DNA of 64,000 bases from an uncultured Pelagibacteraceae bacterium (GCA_902525565.1 CABZHY010000002.1:2221-66220), one strand, 5' to 3'; shown: positions 20,197 through 29,492, numbered from the stretch's first letter. Notes: a model not told the origin generated them from the letters alone. Numbers and translations are program-made.

Positions 20197-21225
20197 ATGA
20201 GAAAAGTAACAATAATAAGTTTATTTGTTTCTTTAATAGTCTCGTCTTTTGCAGCTGCAAATGAAGTAAATATCTTCAATGCAAGACATTACAAGGCAGA
20301 TAATGAGCTTTATAGCAAATTTACCAACCAAACTGGAATTAAAGTAAATCTGATCAATGGAAAGGCTAGTGCATTAGAAAAAAGAATGATTGAAGAAGGG
20401 GCTGACTCTTCAGCTGATCTTTATATCACTGCTGATGCTGGAAGATGTGGAGCTTTCAAAGCTAAAGGAATGACACAAAGTGGTTTGGTGTCTCCAACAA
20501 TTAAATCATCTGTTCCAAAAAATTTTAGAACTACACACTGGGTAGGAGTAGCAAAAAGAGCAAGAATAATTTACTACTCACCAGAAAGAGTTAGTGGCGC
20601 TGAATTATCAGGATTAACATATGAAGGTCTAGCTGATCCAAAATGGAAAGGTAGATTAGTAATTAGGAAATCAAGTAACATTTATAACAAGTCACTTGTA
20701 GCTTCATTAATTGAGAATAATGGAAAGAAAGCTGCTGCTGAATGGTCTAAAGGAGTTGTTTCTAACATGGCAAGAACACCAAAAGGAAATGACAGAGCTC
20801 AAATTATGGCGGTCGCAGCTGGAGAAGCTGATATTGCTGTAGCAAATACTTATTACTTGGCACTTATGCTATCTGGTAATAAAGGAGCTGAACAACAAGC
20901 GGCTGCTAAAAAAGTGAAGGCATTTTTTCCTAATCAAAATGATAGAGGAACACACATGAATATTAGTTGTGCAGCTTTAGTAAAAGGAGCTCCTAATAAG
21001 GCAAATGCTATCGCTCTTGTTGACTTTTTATTGTCACCAGAGGCTCAGGAACATTTTACAAATAATACTTTTGAGTTTCCAATGATAGCTGGGGTATCTC
21101 CAAATCCATTAGTAGTGAATAATTTAGGATTAGATTTTAAACAAGATTTAACAACTAAAGTTTCAAGCTATGGAAAAAATCAAGCTGCTGCATTAGAGGT
21201 AATGACAGCTGCTGGATGGAAGTGA
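20197..21225 (+). CDS. sfuC: Fe(III) ABC transporter substrate-binding protein (FutA/FbpA; sfuC in Pelagibacter nomenclature)
   Basis: Signal peptide; ARHY, IYNKSL, GNDRAQI, and the tandem iron-ligand Tyr in ANTYY. Confidence 0.9.
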   Translation: MRKVTIISLFVSLIVSSFAAANEVNIFNARHYKADNELYSKFTNQTGIKVNLINGKASALEKRMIEEGADSSADLYITADAGRCGAFKAKGMTQSGLVSPTIKSSVPKNFRTTHWVGVAKRARIIYYSPERVSGAELSGLTYEGLADPKWKGRLVIRKSSNIYNKSLVASLIENNGKKAAAEWSKGVVSNMARTPKGNDRAQIMAVAAGEADIAVANTYYLALMLSGNKGAEQQAAAKKVKAFFPNQNDRGTHMNISCAALVKGAPNKANAIALVDFLLSPEAQEHFTNNTFEFPMIAGVSPNPLVVNNLGLDFKQDLTTKVSSYGKNQAAALEVMTAAGWK

Positions 21226-21232
21226 GGAAAAA

Positions 21233-21427
21233 GTGAGAAAGAATTTATTTAATTTTAATTTAGACTTTTCTCCAGGCAAAAGTGGTTCTCCAGAGGGTCA
21301 GATAACTTGTGAGCCATGCTTGTCACAATGTGAAAAAATTAAAAAAAAAATAAATAATAGAAAATTATCTGAGATCAGAAATGATGATATTGATCGTATC
21401 ATTAATGTTTTCGATTTAAAAAGTTAA
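21233..21427 (+). CDS. 64-aa small protein with CxxCxxxC motif
   Basis: GAGG SD before a GTG start, 7 nt after the SBP stop; contains ITCEPCLSQCE. Confidence 0.5.
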   Translation: MRKNLFNFNLDFSPGKSGSPEGQITCEPCLSQCEKIKKKINNRKLSEIRNDDIDRIINVFDLKS

Positions 21428-21435
21428 TTTTCAAA

Positions 21436-21486
21436 AAGTGAACATAACTCAATAGTTATTTACCCTACTATTGATTATGTTCACTT
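21436..21486 (+). promoter_or_regulatory. Long intercistronic stem-loop (20 bp, one bulge) before the iron permease
   Basis: AAGTGAACATAA-C-TCAATAGT pairs with ACTATTGA-TTATGTTCACTT; loop TATTTACCCT; no U-tract. Confidence 0.7.
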
Positions 21487-21501
21487 AAAAAAAGGGTAAA
21501 A

Positions 21502-23130
21502 ATGTATTTAAAAAAAATTAATTTTTGGTTTTTAAGTTCTTTACTGGTATCAATTTTTGTTGCTATACCAATTGTTACTGTATTTACTAGTTTTTTTGAA
21601 GATACATCAAATTATTATCAAATTCTAAAAGATACCTTTTTGTTTGAATATATTTTTAATTCACTAGTTTTGCTGATTAGTGTTTTAGTTTTAACTTTTT
21701 TAATTGGAACCAGTACGGCTTATTTAGTTTCTTTTTATAAATTTCCTTTTAGTAATTTTTTTAAATGGGCTCTCATATTATCTTTTGCTGTACCTCCTTA
21801 TATTTACGCATATTCATTGACAGCTTTCTTTGAAAATTATGGAACTTTATATTCGATATTGAAAAATTTGTTTGGAGAAGCAAATTATAATCAAAGTATT
21901 CCAAAGTTTGATGGTCTGATAGGGGCTGTACTTTCTCTATCTTTTTCACTGTTTGCTTATGTTTATATTCTCTCAAGAGCATCATTTCAGTATCAATCTC
22001 AAAATTTAATTGATTTAGGTAGAAATTTAGGATTTTCAAAAGCTAGATCTTTTTATTCGTTAATTTTACCTGCTGCTAGACCAGCAATTGTTGCAGGCCT
22101 TTCTCTAGTTGCGATGGAAACTTTAGCCGAATTTGGGGCGGTTGATTTCTTTTCTATAAATACTTTAACAACAGGCATTTATAATTCTTGGATTACATTT
22201 GATGACTTAGCTTTCTCAAACAGGATATCTTTTTGTCTTCTTTTATTTATTTTTGCAATATTTATTTTGGAAAATTTATCTAGAAAAAAAGCAAGATATC
22301 ACGCCAATACTAAAGGTGGATTTAAACAAAAAGAAAAAATTCAACTATCAGGAACTAAAGCATTTTTTGCGTTCTCAATTTGCTTCGTAGTTTTTTTCTT
22401 AAGTTTTTTATTTCCACTAAGTCAAATGCTTTATTGGACATTAAAATTTCCTGAAAATCTCTTTGATATTCCAGTAGTAACTTTAACATTAAACACTTTG
22501 TACCTGATGTTATTATCAAGCATAGTTTTAATAATTTTTTCTTTAATTTCTAATTATGGAAATAGAGTTTCTAAAAATAAAACTTTAAACGCTTTATCTA
22601 CTTTATCTATTTCTGGTTATGCAATTCCAGGAGTAATTTTAGCAGTGGCATTTATCACTTTTATTGCTTGGTTTGATGACAATGTTGTAAAAGCACTAGG
22701 TTTTTTATCTATTAAAAAAATGTTTATTGGTTCTATTCTAGGACTTGTCTTAGTTTATTTTGTAAGATTCTATTCTTTAGCTTTTAATGGAATAAAATCT
22801 GGTTATGAAAAAATAAATATTTCTGTTGATGAAAGTTCATATTTACTTGGTTACTCTAAAAAGAAAACTTTTATGAATATTCATGTACCTTTCTTAAGAA
22901 ATTCTCTTTTATTTGTTGGAATACTAATTTCTTTAGAAATAATAAGAGAATTGCCAATCACTTTGATTTTAAGACCTTTTAATTTTGAAACATTTGCAAC
23001 TACAGCTTATATATCTGCTTCAGAAGACTTATTAGAAGCCGCAGCTGTTCCCTCATTATTTTTAATTTTAATTGCAACTCTATTTATAATGCTTACATCT
23101 AAATATATACTGAGGGAAAATGAGCGATAG
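21502..23130 (+). CDS. sfuB: Fe(III) ABC transporter permease (FbpB/SfuB)
   Basis: Duplicated permease domains; LPAARPAIVAGLSLVAMETLAEFGAV and ELPITLILRPFNFET. Confidence 0.9.
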   Translation: MYLKKINFWFLSSLLVSIFVAIPIVTVFTSFFEDTSNYYQILKDTFLFEYIFNSLVLLISVLVLTFLIGTSTAYLVSFYKFPFSNFFKWALILSFAVPPYIYAYSLTAFFENYGTLYSILKNLFGEANYNQSIPKFDGLIGAVLSLSFSLFAYVYILSRASFQYQSQNLIDLGRNLGFSKARSFYSLILPAARPAIVAGLSLVAMETLAEFGAVDFFSINTLTTGIYNSWITFDDLAFSNRISFCLLLFIFAIFILENLSRKKARYHANTKGGFKQKEKIQLSGTKAFFAFSICFVVFFLSFLFPLSQMLYWTLKFPENLFDIPVVTLTLNTLYLMLLSSIVLIIFSLISNYGNRVSKNKTLNALSTLSISGYAIPGVILAVAFITFIAWFDDNVVKALGFLSIKKMFIGSILGLVLVYFVRFYSLAFNGIKSGYEKINISVDESSYLLGYSKKKTFMNIHVPFLRNSLLFVGILISLEIIRELPITLILRPFNFETFATTAYISASEDLLEAAAVPSLFLILIATLFIMLTSKYILRENER

Positions 23131-24181
23131 TTATTTAGAGATTAAAAATGTTGATTTCACTATAGGTGGAAAGATTAAAGTCAAGAATGCATCTTTTGCG
23201 ATTGAAAATGAAGGGGATACTTTGTGTATCCTTGGTCCTTCAGGAATTGGAAAAACTACAATACTTAGAACTATAGCTGGATTAGAAAAAATTGATAAAG
23301 GTTCAATAAAATTAAACGGAAAAATATTATCTTCTAAAGATCAAAATGTAGAACCTGAAGATAGAAACGTATCTTTAGCTTTTCAGGACAACAGTTTATT
23401 TCCTCATTACACAGTTGAAAAAAATATTTTATTAGGCGCTGAGAGAAATAAAGGAAAAAGAAAGAAAAAACTTAGTTTTAAAGAGATTATAGATTTTCTT
23501 GATATAGAAAAAATATTACCAAAATTTCCTCATGAAATTAGTGCAGGAGAGGCACAAAGAGCATCACTTGCAAGATCGCTATTAACACAGCCTGACCTTT
23601 TGCTTTTAGATGAACCGTTATCTAATGTAGATCAAAGTTTTAAAGAAGAAATTCAAGTAAGATTAAAAAAAATATTAAGTAAATTTAAAATTACAACAAT
23701 AATTGTAACTCATGACTCTTACGAAGCTTTTTATCTTGGCACCAAATGTGCAATTATATTAGATGGTCAAATTAAACAGATTGATGATCCTTATAATGTT
23801 TATCATTTTCCAAATTCAGTTGAAGTAGTAAATTTTTTAAATCGTGGAATTTTAATTCCAGCAAAAGTAACGGGAGAAAATTCACTAGAAAATGATGATC
23901 TTGGAATAATTAAAGGTAATTTTATTAAGCATTATCCAAAAGGTTCAAATGTGCAATTATTATTACAACCAGAAGACCTTGAGCATGACGATAAAAGTAA
24001 TCTAAAGCTAGAAGTAGTAGATCGAAAATTTAGAGGTACGAATTTTATTTATACTTTGAAAACTAATAGCGATTTATTAATACCAGTATTTGTTCATTCC
24101 CATCATGAACATCAACATGAAGCTGACGAAAAGTTTGGAATTAAAAGACCGATTAATATTGATCACATAGTTTGTTTTTAA
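23120..24181 (+). CDS. Fe(III) ABC transporter ATP-binding protein (FbpC-type)
   Basis: GPSGIGKT, ISAGEAQR, LLLDEP; His-rich C-terminus. Confidence 0.9.
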   Translation: MSDSYLEIKNVDFTIGGKIKVKNASFAIENEGDTLCILGPSGIGKTTILRTIAGLEKIDKGSIKLNGKILSSKDQNVEPEDRNVSLAFQDNSLFPHYTVEKNILLGAERNKGKRKKKLSFKEIIDFLDIEKILPKFPHEISAGEAQRASLARSLLTQPDLLLLDEPLSNVDQSFKEEIQVRLKKILSKFKITTIIVTHDSYEAFYLGTKCAIILDGQIKQIDDPYNVYHFPNSVEVVNFLNRGILIPAKVTGENSLENDDLGIIKGNFIKHYPKGSNVQLLLQPEDLEHDDKSNLKLEVVDRKFRGTNFIYTLKTNSDLLIPVFVHSHHEHQHEADEKFGIKRPINIDHIVCF

Positions 24182-24193
24182 TAAAACAGGCAA

Positions 24194-24880
24194 ATGCTTA
24201 CCAAAAAACAATTATTTACTCGAGGGATGTTGGATATTTCTCCACATATGCTTTCAGTAATACCATTTGGAATAATTTGTGGAGCAATCGGGGTCGAACT
24301 TGGATTTCACCCATATTTGGTCTACGCAATGTCTTTTATAATTTTTGGAGGAGCTTCGCAGATAGTATTTTTACAATTGTTATCAGGGGGCGCATCTAGT
24401 TTAGTTGCGGTTACTTCTGTTGGAATTATAAATTCTCGACATCTGTTATATGGAGCGGTTTTATCTGAATATTTAGAAAAATTATCTTTTATAAAAAAAT
24501 TATTAATTTCTTATGTTGTTGTCGATCAAGGATTTGCTGAGTCTAATAAATTTTTCAAAAAAAATAGAAGTGAAGAATTTTTACATTATCATTTAATTGG
24601 CACAGGCTGCACAATGTGGGTTTGTTGGCAAATTGCAACCTTGTCAGGTATTGTTTTAGGCTCATTTGTTCCAGAAGAACTTGGTTTAAAATTTGCAATT
24701 CCTTTAACATTTATAGCAATTGTTGTTCAGGATTTAAAAAAATTAGATCATGTAATTGTAATGATTACTTGTGGTTTAAGTTCACTGTTATTTTTTGATG
24801 CTCCATTTAAATCCTACATAATTATTTCACCCATAATTGCTTTATTTGTAGCTGGACTATTATTGAGGTTAAAAAAATGA
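24194..24880 (+). CDS. azlC: AzlC-family branched-chain amino acid exporter subunit
   Basis: PFGIICG, FGGASQ, INSRHLLY. Confidence 0.85.
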   Translation: MLTKKQLFTRGMLDISPHMLSVIPFGIICGAIGVELGFHPYLVYAMSFIIFGGASQIVFLQLLSGGASSLVAVTSVGIINSRHLLYGAVLSEYLEKLSFIKKLLISYVVVDQGFAESNKFFKKNRSEEFLHYHLIGTGCTMWVCWQIATLSGIVLGSFVPEELGLKFAIPLTFIAIVVQDLKKLDHVIVMITCGLSSLLFFDAPFKSYIIISPIIALFVAGLLLRLKK

Positions 24881-25194
24881 CTCTTACTGCAATAATTTTT
24901 GCTGGGATATTAACTTACTTTACTAGAATGACTATGATCGCTTTAATAAGTAGAGATATGTTGGGAGATAAAATTAAAGCAGTATTGGAATATGTTCCTT
25001 CTGCAGTATTCCCAGCTATAATATTTCCAGGAATATTTATAAATGATTTTGGAACTTTTATAGAAATGAATGATCCTAAAATTTTTGGAGCATTAGTTGC
25101 TGTAATTGTAGGTTATTTCTCAAAAAATATTATTGCAACAATATCAGCTGGCTTAATCTCTTATTGGTTTTTAATATTTGTTGTTTTTAGCTAG
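24877..25194 (+). CDS. azlD: AzlD-family small membrane subunit
   Basis: TYFTR, LEYVPSAV; ATGA-coupled to azlC. Confidence 0.8.
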   Translation: MTLTAIIFAGILTYFTRMTMIALISRDMLGDKIKAVLEYVPSAVFPAIIFPGIFINDFGTFIEMNDPKIFGALVAVIVGYFSKNIIATISAGLISYWFLIFVVFS

Positions 25195-25870
25195 CACCTA
25201 ACTTAATGTTTCTACTTACATTGATATCTATTAATTGTGGTTTTGCTAAATTAAGATTTGACATAAGCTCAACATATTCATCTACATTTTTAACCTGCAA
25301 TCTTGGATTAAATTTTTTTTCATTACCAATAGTACTAAATTCTTTACCGTTATAATCATGACCAGGATACAAAATTGTGTCCTCTGGTAATTTTAACAAT
25401 CTATTAAAGATCGAATTATAAGCATCTTTTGAACTTCCGTTTTGAAAATCTGTTCTACCGGTGCCATTAATTAAAAGAGTATCTCCTGAAAATAAATAGT
25501 TCTCCATTAAGAAACTATAACTGTCAGAAGTATGACCAGGTGTATACATCGCTTTGATATCTATTTGATCAATTTTTATTACTTCATCATCTTTTACTCT
25601 AATTTCTACAGTATCAGCAGGGGTGTGTTCCCCCATTAGCGTAGAGCAATTTGTTGCTTGCTTAAGTTTACTTGCACCAGTTACATGGTCAGCATGAATA
25701 TGGGTATCTATTACCTTAACTAGTTTTAAATCTAATTCGTTTAGTAACTTAATGTAGCTTTCAACATTCTCAATTACTGGATCAATTATGACTGCCTCAC
25801 GACCTTTTGCAGACGCAATTAAATAGGTATAAGTTGATGATTTCGTATCAAAAACTTGCTTAAAGATCAT
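25187..25870 (-). CDS. MBL-fold persulfide dioxygenase (ETHE1/Sdo-like)
   Basis: SSTYTYL, DTHIHADH, TPGHT, GRTDFQ, YPGHDY, EKKFNPRL. Confidence 0.85.
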   Translation of the reverse strand: MIFKQVFDTKSSTYTYLIASAKGREAVIIDPVIENVESYIKLLNELDLKLVKVIDTHIHADHVTGASKLKQATNCSTLMGEHTPADTVEIRVKDDEVIKIDQIDIKAMYTPGHTSDSYSFLMENYLFSGDTLLINGTGRTDFQNGSSKDAYNSIFNRLLKLPEDTILYPGHDYNGKEFSTIGNEKKFNPRLQVKNVDEYVELMSNLNLAKPQLIDINVSRNIKLGAS

Positions 25871-25925
25871 TGCTTAAATTAACACATGTACTTGTTTTAA
25901 TAAATCAAATATCCATATCAATCAT

Positions 25926-26360
25926 ATGTTTAAACTAATTTCATTAACAATTGGTTTCTTTATATTCAGTTTTTTAAACACAGTAAGTGCTCATAATCAT
26001 TTTCCTATAACAACGGATTCTAAACTCATGATTGAAAGAGGTAAAATTGCATATGAAAAAAATTGTGTTTCTTGTCATATGATTAATTTAGCTGGAGCTG
26101 AAAACTGGAAAGGCATGGATGAAGATGGACATAGAAAAGCTCCGCCATTAAATGGTACAGGTCATACTTGGCACCATGATGACAAAACTTTACATGCAAT
26201 AATTAAATATGGATTAGCAAAATTAGTAAAAAATTATGAAGGTAAAATGATAGGATTTGAAGATCAATTATCTGATAAAGAAATTGATAGTATATTGGCT
26301 TATGTAAAGTCCTTTTGGCCTATTGATAAGTATGAATATCAAATTAATATGAGTAAGTAA
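25926..26360 (+). CDS. Periplasmic monoheme c-type cytochrome
   Basis: Signal peptide; CVSCH; APPLNGTGHTWHH; distal Met. Confidence 0.9.
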   Translation: MFKLISLTIGFFIFSFLNTVSAHNHFPITTDSKLMIERGKIAYEKNCVSCHMINLAGAENWKGMDEDGHRKAPPLNGTGHTWHHDDKTLHAIIKYGLAKLVKNYEGKMIGFEDQLSDKEIDSILAYVKSFWPIDKYEYQINMSK

Positions 26361-26362
26361 TT

Positions 26363-26800
26363 ATGACAGCGACTACATTTCATTGGTCTTGTAAACATAC
26401 TTGGAGGAGAAGTGCAAAAAATACAGCTTGGTGTGTACTAGGTTGTGCTATTGGAGACTTTGGAACAATATTATTTTTTCAATTAACTCAAATTCCTTTT
26501 CCAATTTTAGGAATAATGATTTTAGCAATCATCAATGGATTGATTACAAGTATTATCTTAGAAACAATAATTTTAATGACACAAAATTTTAATTTTGTTA
26601 ACGCATTCAAAACAGCTTGTGGTATGAGTTTAATTTCAATGATTAGCATGGAAATCATGATGAATTTAACTGACTATGTTTTAACTGGAGGCGCAATTTT
26701 AACATGGTGGGTGGTACCAATAATGCTGATTGTAGGTTTTTTAACTCCTTGGCCTTATAATTATTGGAGACTAAAAAAATTTGGAATTGCTTGTCATTAA
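26363..26800 (+). CDS. DUF4396-domain membrane protein
   Basis: TAWCVLGCAIGD, MSLISMISME, PWPYNYW, C-terminal CH. Confidence 0.75.
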   Translation: MTATTFHWSCKHTWRRSAKNTAWCVLGCAIGDFGTILFFQLTQIPFPILGIMILAIINGLITSIILETIILMTQNFNFVNAFKTACGMSLISMISMEIMMNLTDYVLTGGAILTWWVVPIMLIVGFLTPWPYNYWRLKKFGIACH

Positions 26801-26802
26801 GA

Positions 26803-27330
26803 TTAAAGAATTCTCTTTAATAAATTGTCTCCAAAAAATAGTTTGTGAATAATAACAGCACTTAAATGAATTATAATTAAACCTATAAGAGTATAATTTG
26901 AAAGAATATGAATTTCATAAAACTGATCTGCTAAATCAAAATTTTCGTTAATTTGAATTTCTCTAAAAATTATAGTTAATGTTTCCCCATTAAATAATTT
27001 TTTTAATATTCCTGAAATTGTTATTGATAAAATAGCAATATATAAAAGCACATGATTCATCTTTGCTAGAAATCTTTGTCCTTTAAAAATACTTGGATCT
27101 AATTTTGGAGTAGGATTTAGTATATTATTTATTAACCTTATTATTATTATATAAAAAACAGTTAAACCTAACGTAACATGAATATCTTCAATGGTTATTC
27201 TTTGATCACCAAAATCTAAATCCACTAGATAGAACCCTAAAGGTATTTGTATAAATAGAATAATTGCGCTGAGCCAATGTAACGCTTTTGAAATAATACC
27301 ATACTCTGTTAGGGTATTTGTTACATGCAT
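26803..27330 (-). CDS. Cytochrome b561 (YceJ/CybB-like)
   Basis: Four TM helices with heme His residues (LHW, IHVTLG, NHV, IHIL, IHL). Confidence 0.85.
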   Translation of the reverse strand: MHVTNTLTEYGIISKALHWLSAIILFIQIPLGFYLVDLDFGDQRITIEDIHVTLGLTVFYIIIIRLINNILNPTPKLDPSIFKGQRFLAKMNHVLLYIAILSITISGILKKLFNGETLTIIFREIQINENFDLADQFYEIHILSNYTLIGLIIIHLSAVIIHKLFFGDNLLKRIL

Positions 27331-27792
27331 ATTTTATTTAACCACATAAAAAAATATATTAAAATAATTTTATTCTCAATTTTAAGCGTATTTTTCGTCT
27401 CATCTAGTAATGCTGAATTAACAGTTGAGGAGATTGTTAAAAGTAGACAAGCATTATTTAGCAAAAACTATAGTACGGCAAAAAGAGTACAAGCTTTTTC
27501 ATCAAAAGGAGATTTTGAAAAAGCAAAAAAACTAATGATTGAAATGAGTGAAAATTACAAAGTTTTGATTGATTTATTTCCTGAAAATACTGAAGATGAA
27601 TTTGACACTGAAGCTTTACCAGCCGTTTGGGAAGAAAAAGATGCATTTAATGCATTAATGACAAAAGCATCTGAGGATATGATAAAACTTACATCTGTTA
27701 TTGAAGATGCCGATGATATAAGAGGAACCCTGAAACAATTTATGTGGAGTAATTGTAAAGCTTGTCACAGTAGGTATAGAGAAGAACATTAG
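27325..27792 (+). CDS. Cytochrome c' (class II four-helix cytochrome c)
   Basis: Signal peptide; TEALPAVW; C-terminal CKACHSRYR. Start is uncertain. Confidence 0.85.
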   Translation: MHILFNHIKKYIKIILFSILSVFFVSSSNAELTVEEIVKSRQALFSKNYSTAKRVQAFSSKGDFEKAKKLMIEMSENYKVLIDLFPENTEDEFDTEALPAVWEEKDAFNALMTKASEDMIKLTSVIEDADDIRGTLKQFMWSNCKACHSRYREEH

Positions 27793-27807
27793 TTACCAAG
27801 ATAAAAA

Positions 27808-28335
27808 ATGATACCTCAAAAAGTTAAAGATCATATTGAAGAATATATTAGCCAAGAAGTTTACGTTCAAATTGCTATAATTAAGGGCAAAGAAAAGGTT
27901 TCAACAGAAAAAGCCATAGATAAGTATTTTAATACAAATCATTTTAGAGATTTTTCAGAGGGCAAACCTTATTTTCATTTCATTGATGGATTAAGAGATA
28001 AATGCCTTGGAAAACTTAAGAATTCTCCTATGAGAGAGAAGGAAACTGAGGACGAGACTATCAAATTATTACAAAAAAAATTAAATGATCTAAACGATGA
28101 TGAGCTTGAAGACACTTATTGGGAAATAGAAACAGGAGAATTTTTTTCAGGAGAGCAAATAATAGAATTAGAAAAAAATTGCAGTGAATTAATTAAAGAG
28201 CTTAATTTTTCAAATAAAGATAAAAAAGAAGTTCAAAAAACTATCATGAGTTTTTGTGAAAACTATGAAAAGTTGTGTCAAAAAAAATACCCAGAGGCTC
28301 CACTTCCACTAGAAATATTAAAATCTATAAATTAG
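27808..28335 (+). CDS. Hypothetical protein
   Basis: 175-aa ORF with native-looking composition; no motif recognised. Confidence 0.7.
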   Translation: MIPQKVKDHIEEYISQEVYVQIAIIKGKEKVSTEKAIDKYFNTNHFRDFSEGKPYFHFIDGLRDKCLGKLKNSPMREKETEDETIKLLQKKLNDLNDDELEDTYWEIETGEFFSGEQIIELEKNCSELIKELNFSNKDKKEVQKTIMSFCENYEKLCQKKYPEAPLPLEILKSIN

Positions 28336-28340
28336 TTTTT

Positions 28341-28508
28341 AAAGGGTTCGCTCTTTAAGTGTATACCTAAAGAGCTCCCTTGTATTGCCTCTTTGGCATT
28401 ATAATCCCGAGAGGAATTTATTTTCGTTATATTTTTCAAATGAAAAGCTGTTCAGCTAAGTATCAGGTGGTGAAAGTAATAACATAAACCTCCTTCTATA
28501 AAAAAGGT
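28341..28508 (-). ncRNA. Candidate structured small RNA or micropeptide mRNA (9-aa ORF MLLLSPPDT at 28485-28456)
   Basis: SD AAGGAGGT is sequestered by ACCUUUUU; several small hairpins follow, ending in a long GC-containing stem (GCTCTTTA...TAAAGAGC framed by AAGGG/CCCTT). Confidence 0.4.
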
Positions 28509-28620
28509 ATTTATAATTTATACAATTTCAATTAATTTATTTTAGTTTTGTGCAAATATATTTATTGAATACAACCTAGTGCTTTAGTAGATTCTCGGTA
28601 ATTTAAATTCTTTAATTAAA

Positions 28621-29478
28621 TTATTTTTTATTTATCAATTCACTAATAAAATTTTCACCATAACCGTCATCAATAGCTTTTTGGTAATAATTTTTATTTA
28701 CTTCAGCAACTTTTTCAGCGTCAGGAAATTCTTTTAGTAAATCCTGAATATAAGTTAAATCTTTTAATGAATTACTTACTGTAAATTTAAAGCCAGTAAA
28801 ATCACCTTTTAACAGATTATCAAAAACTCTATTAAGTGCTGCAGAATTTCCAGAGCCGAGTTTTGCAACATCAAATACTTTTTTTAAATCTAAACCCATT
28901 TCTTTAGCACTTTTAGCTAAATGATTAATTAACGCAGCATTTCCAAGGGTTAAAAAATTATTTAAAAGTTTAGATTTTGCTCCCATTCCAACAGGCCCAA
29001 AGTGAAAATAATCTTTACAGAAAAAATTAATGTATGGCTCAGCAATTTTAAAATTTTCATCTGATGCTCCAACAATTCCTCCCAGTATACCTTCCTCTGC
29101 TTGAACTGGTCCTCCCATCACAGGACATTCAACATAATTTATTTGTTTTGCCTTAAATATTTCCTCAGTTTCTATTGAGCCTGTTTTATTATGAGTAGTG
29201 ATATCAATAATTAAAGTCTTACTGTCTAAAATTTTAGAAATTTTTTCTGATATTGATTTTGCTATGGGGGTATTGGTAACACACATGAACATCGCATCTA
29301 AATTTTTACTAGAAAAATCCTCAAATGATTTTACTTCATCGGCTCCATCGCTGATAATTTTCTCAATTGGTTTTCTATTTTTATTAGCAATGACAAAAAG
29401 CTTATTTTTATGTTTTAAAATATTTTTAGCTATTCCATAGCCCATATATCCAACACCAACAAAACCTATATTTTTCAT
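28621..29478 (-). CDS. NAD(P)-dependent beta-hydroxyacid dehydrogenase (GarR/MmsB family)
   Basis: GFVGVGYMG, PVMGG, catalytic KLLNN. Confidence 0.85.
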   Translation of the reverse strand: MKNIGFVGVGYMGYGIAKNILKHKNKLFVIANKNRKPIEKIISDGADEVKSFEDFSSKNLDAMFMCVTNTPIAKSISEKISKILDSKTLIIDITTHNKTGSIETEEIFKAKQINYVECPVMGGPVQAEEGILGGIVGASDENFKIAEPYINFFCKDYFHFGPVGMGAKSKLLNNFLTLGNAALINHLAKSAKEMGLDLKKVFDVAKLGSGNSAALNRVFDNLLKGDFTGFKFTVSNSLKDLTYIQDLLKEFPDAEKVAEVNKNYYQKAIDDGYGENFISELINKK

Positions 29479-29492
29479 TTAAGCCTCAATAT

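Noticed and set aside
28380-28470. ACCUGAU and AUAAUGCC fragments reminiscent of a TPP riboswitch
   Set aside because: Spacing is wrong, there is no CUGAGA element, and no thiamine-related gene lies downstream.
28570-28600. CUAAAGCACUA on the minus strand, resembling the 3' end of a SAM-V riboswitch
   Set aside because: The upstream pairing partner (GUGC) and the P1 stem are missing, and no gene follows at a suitable distance.
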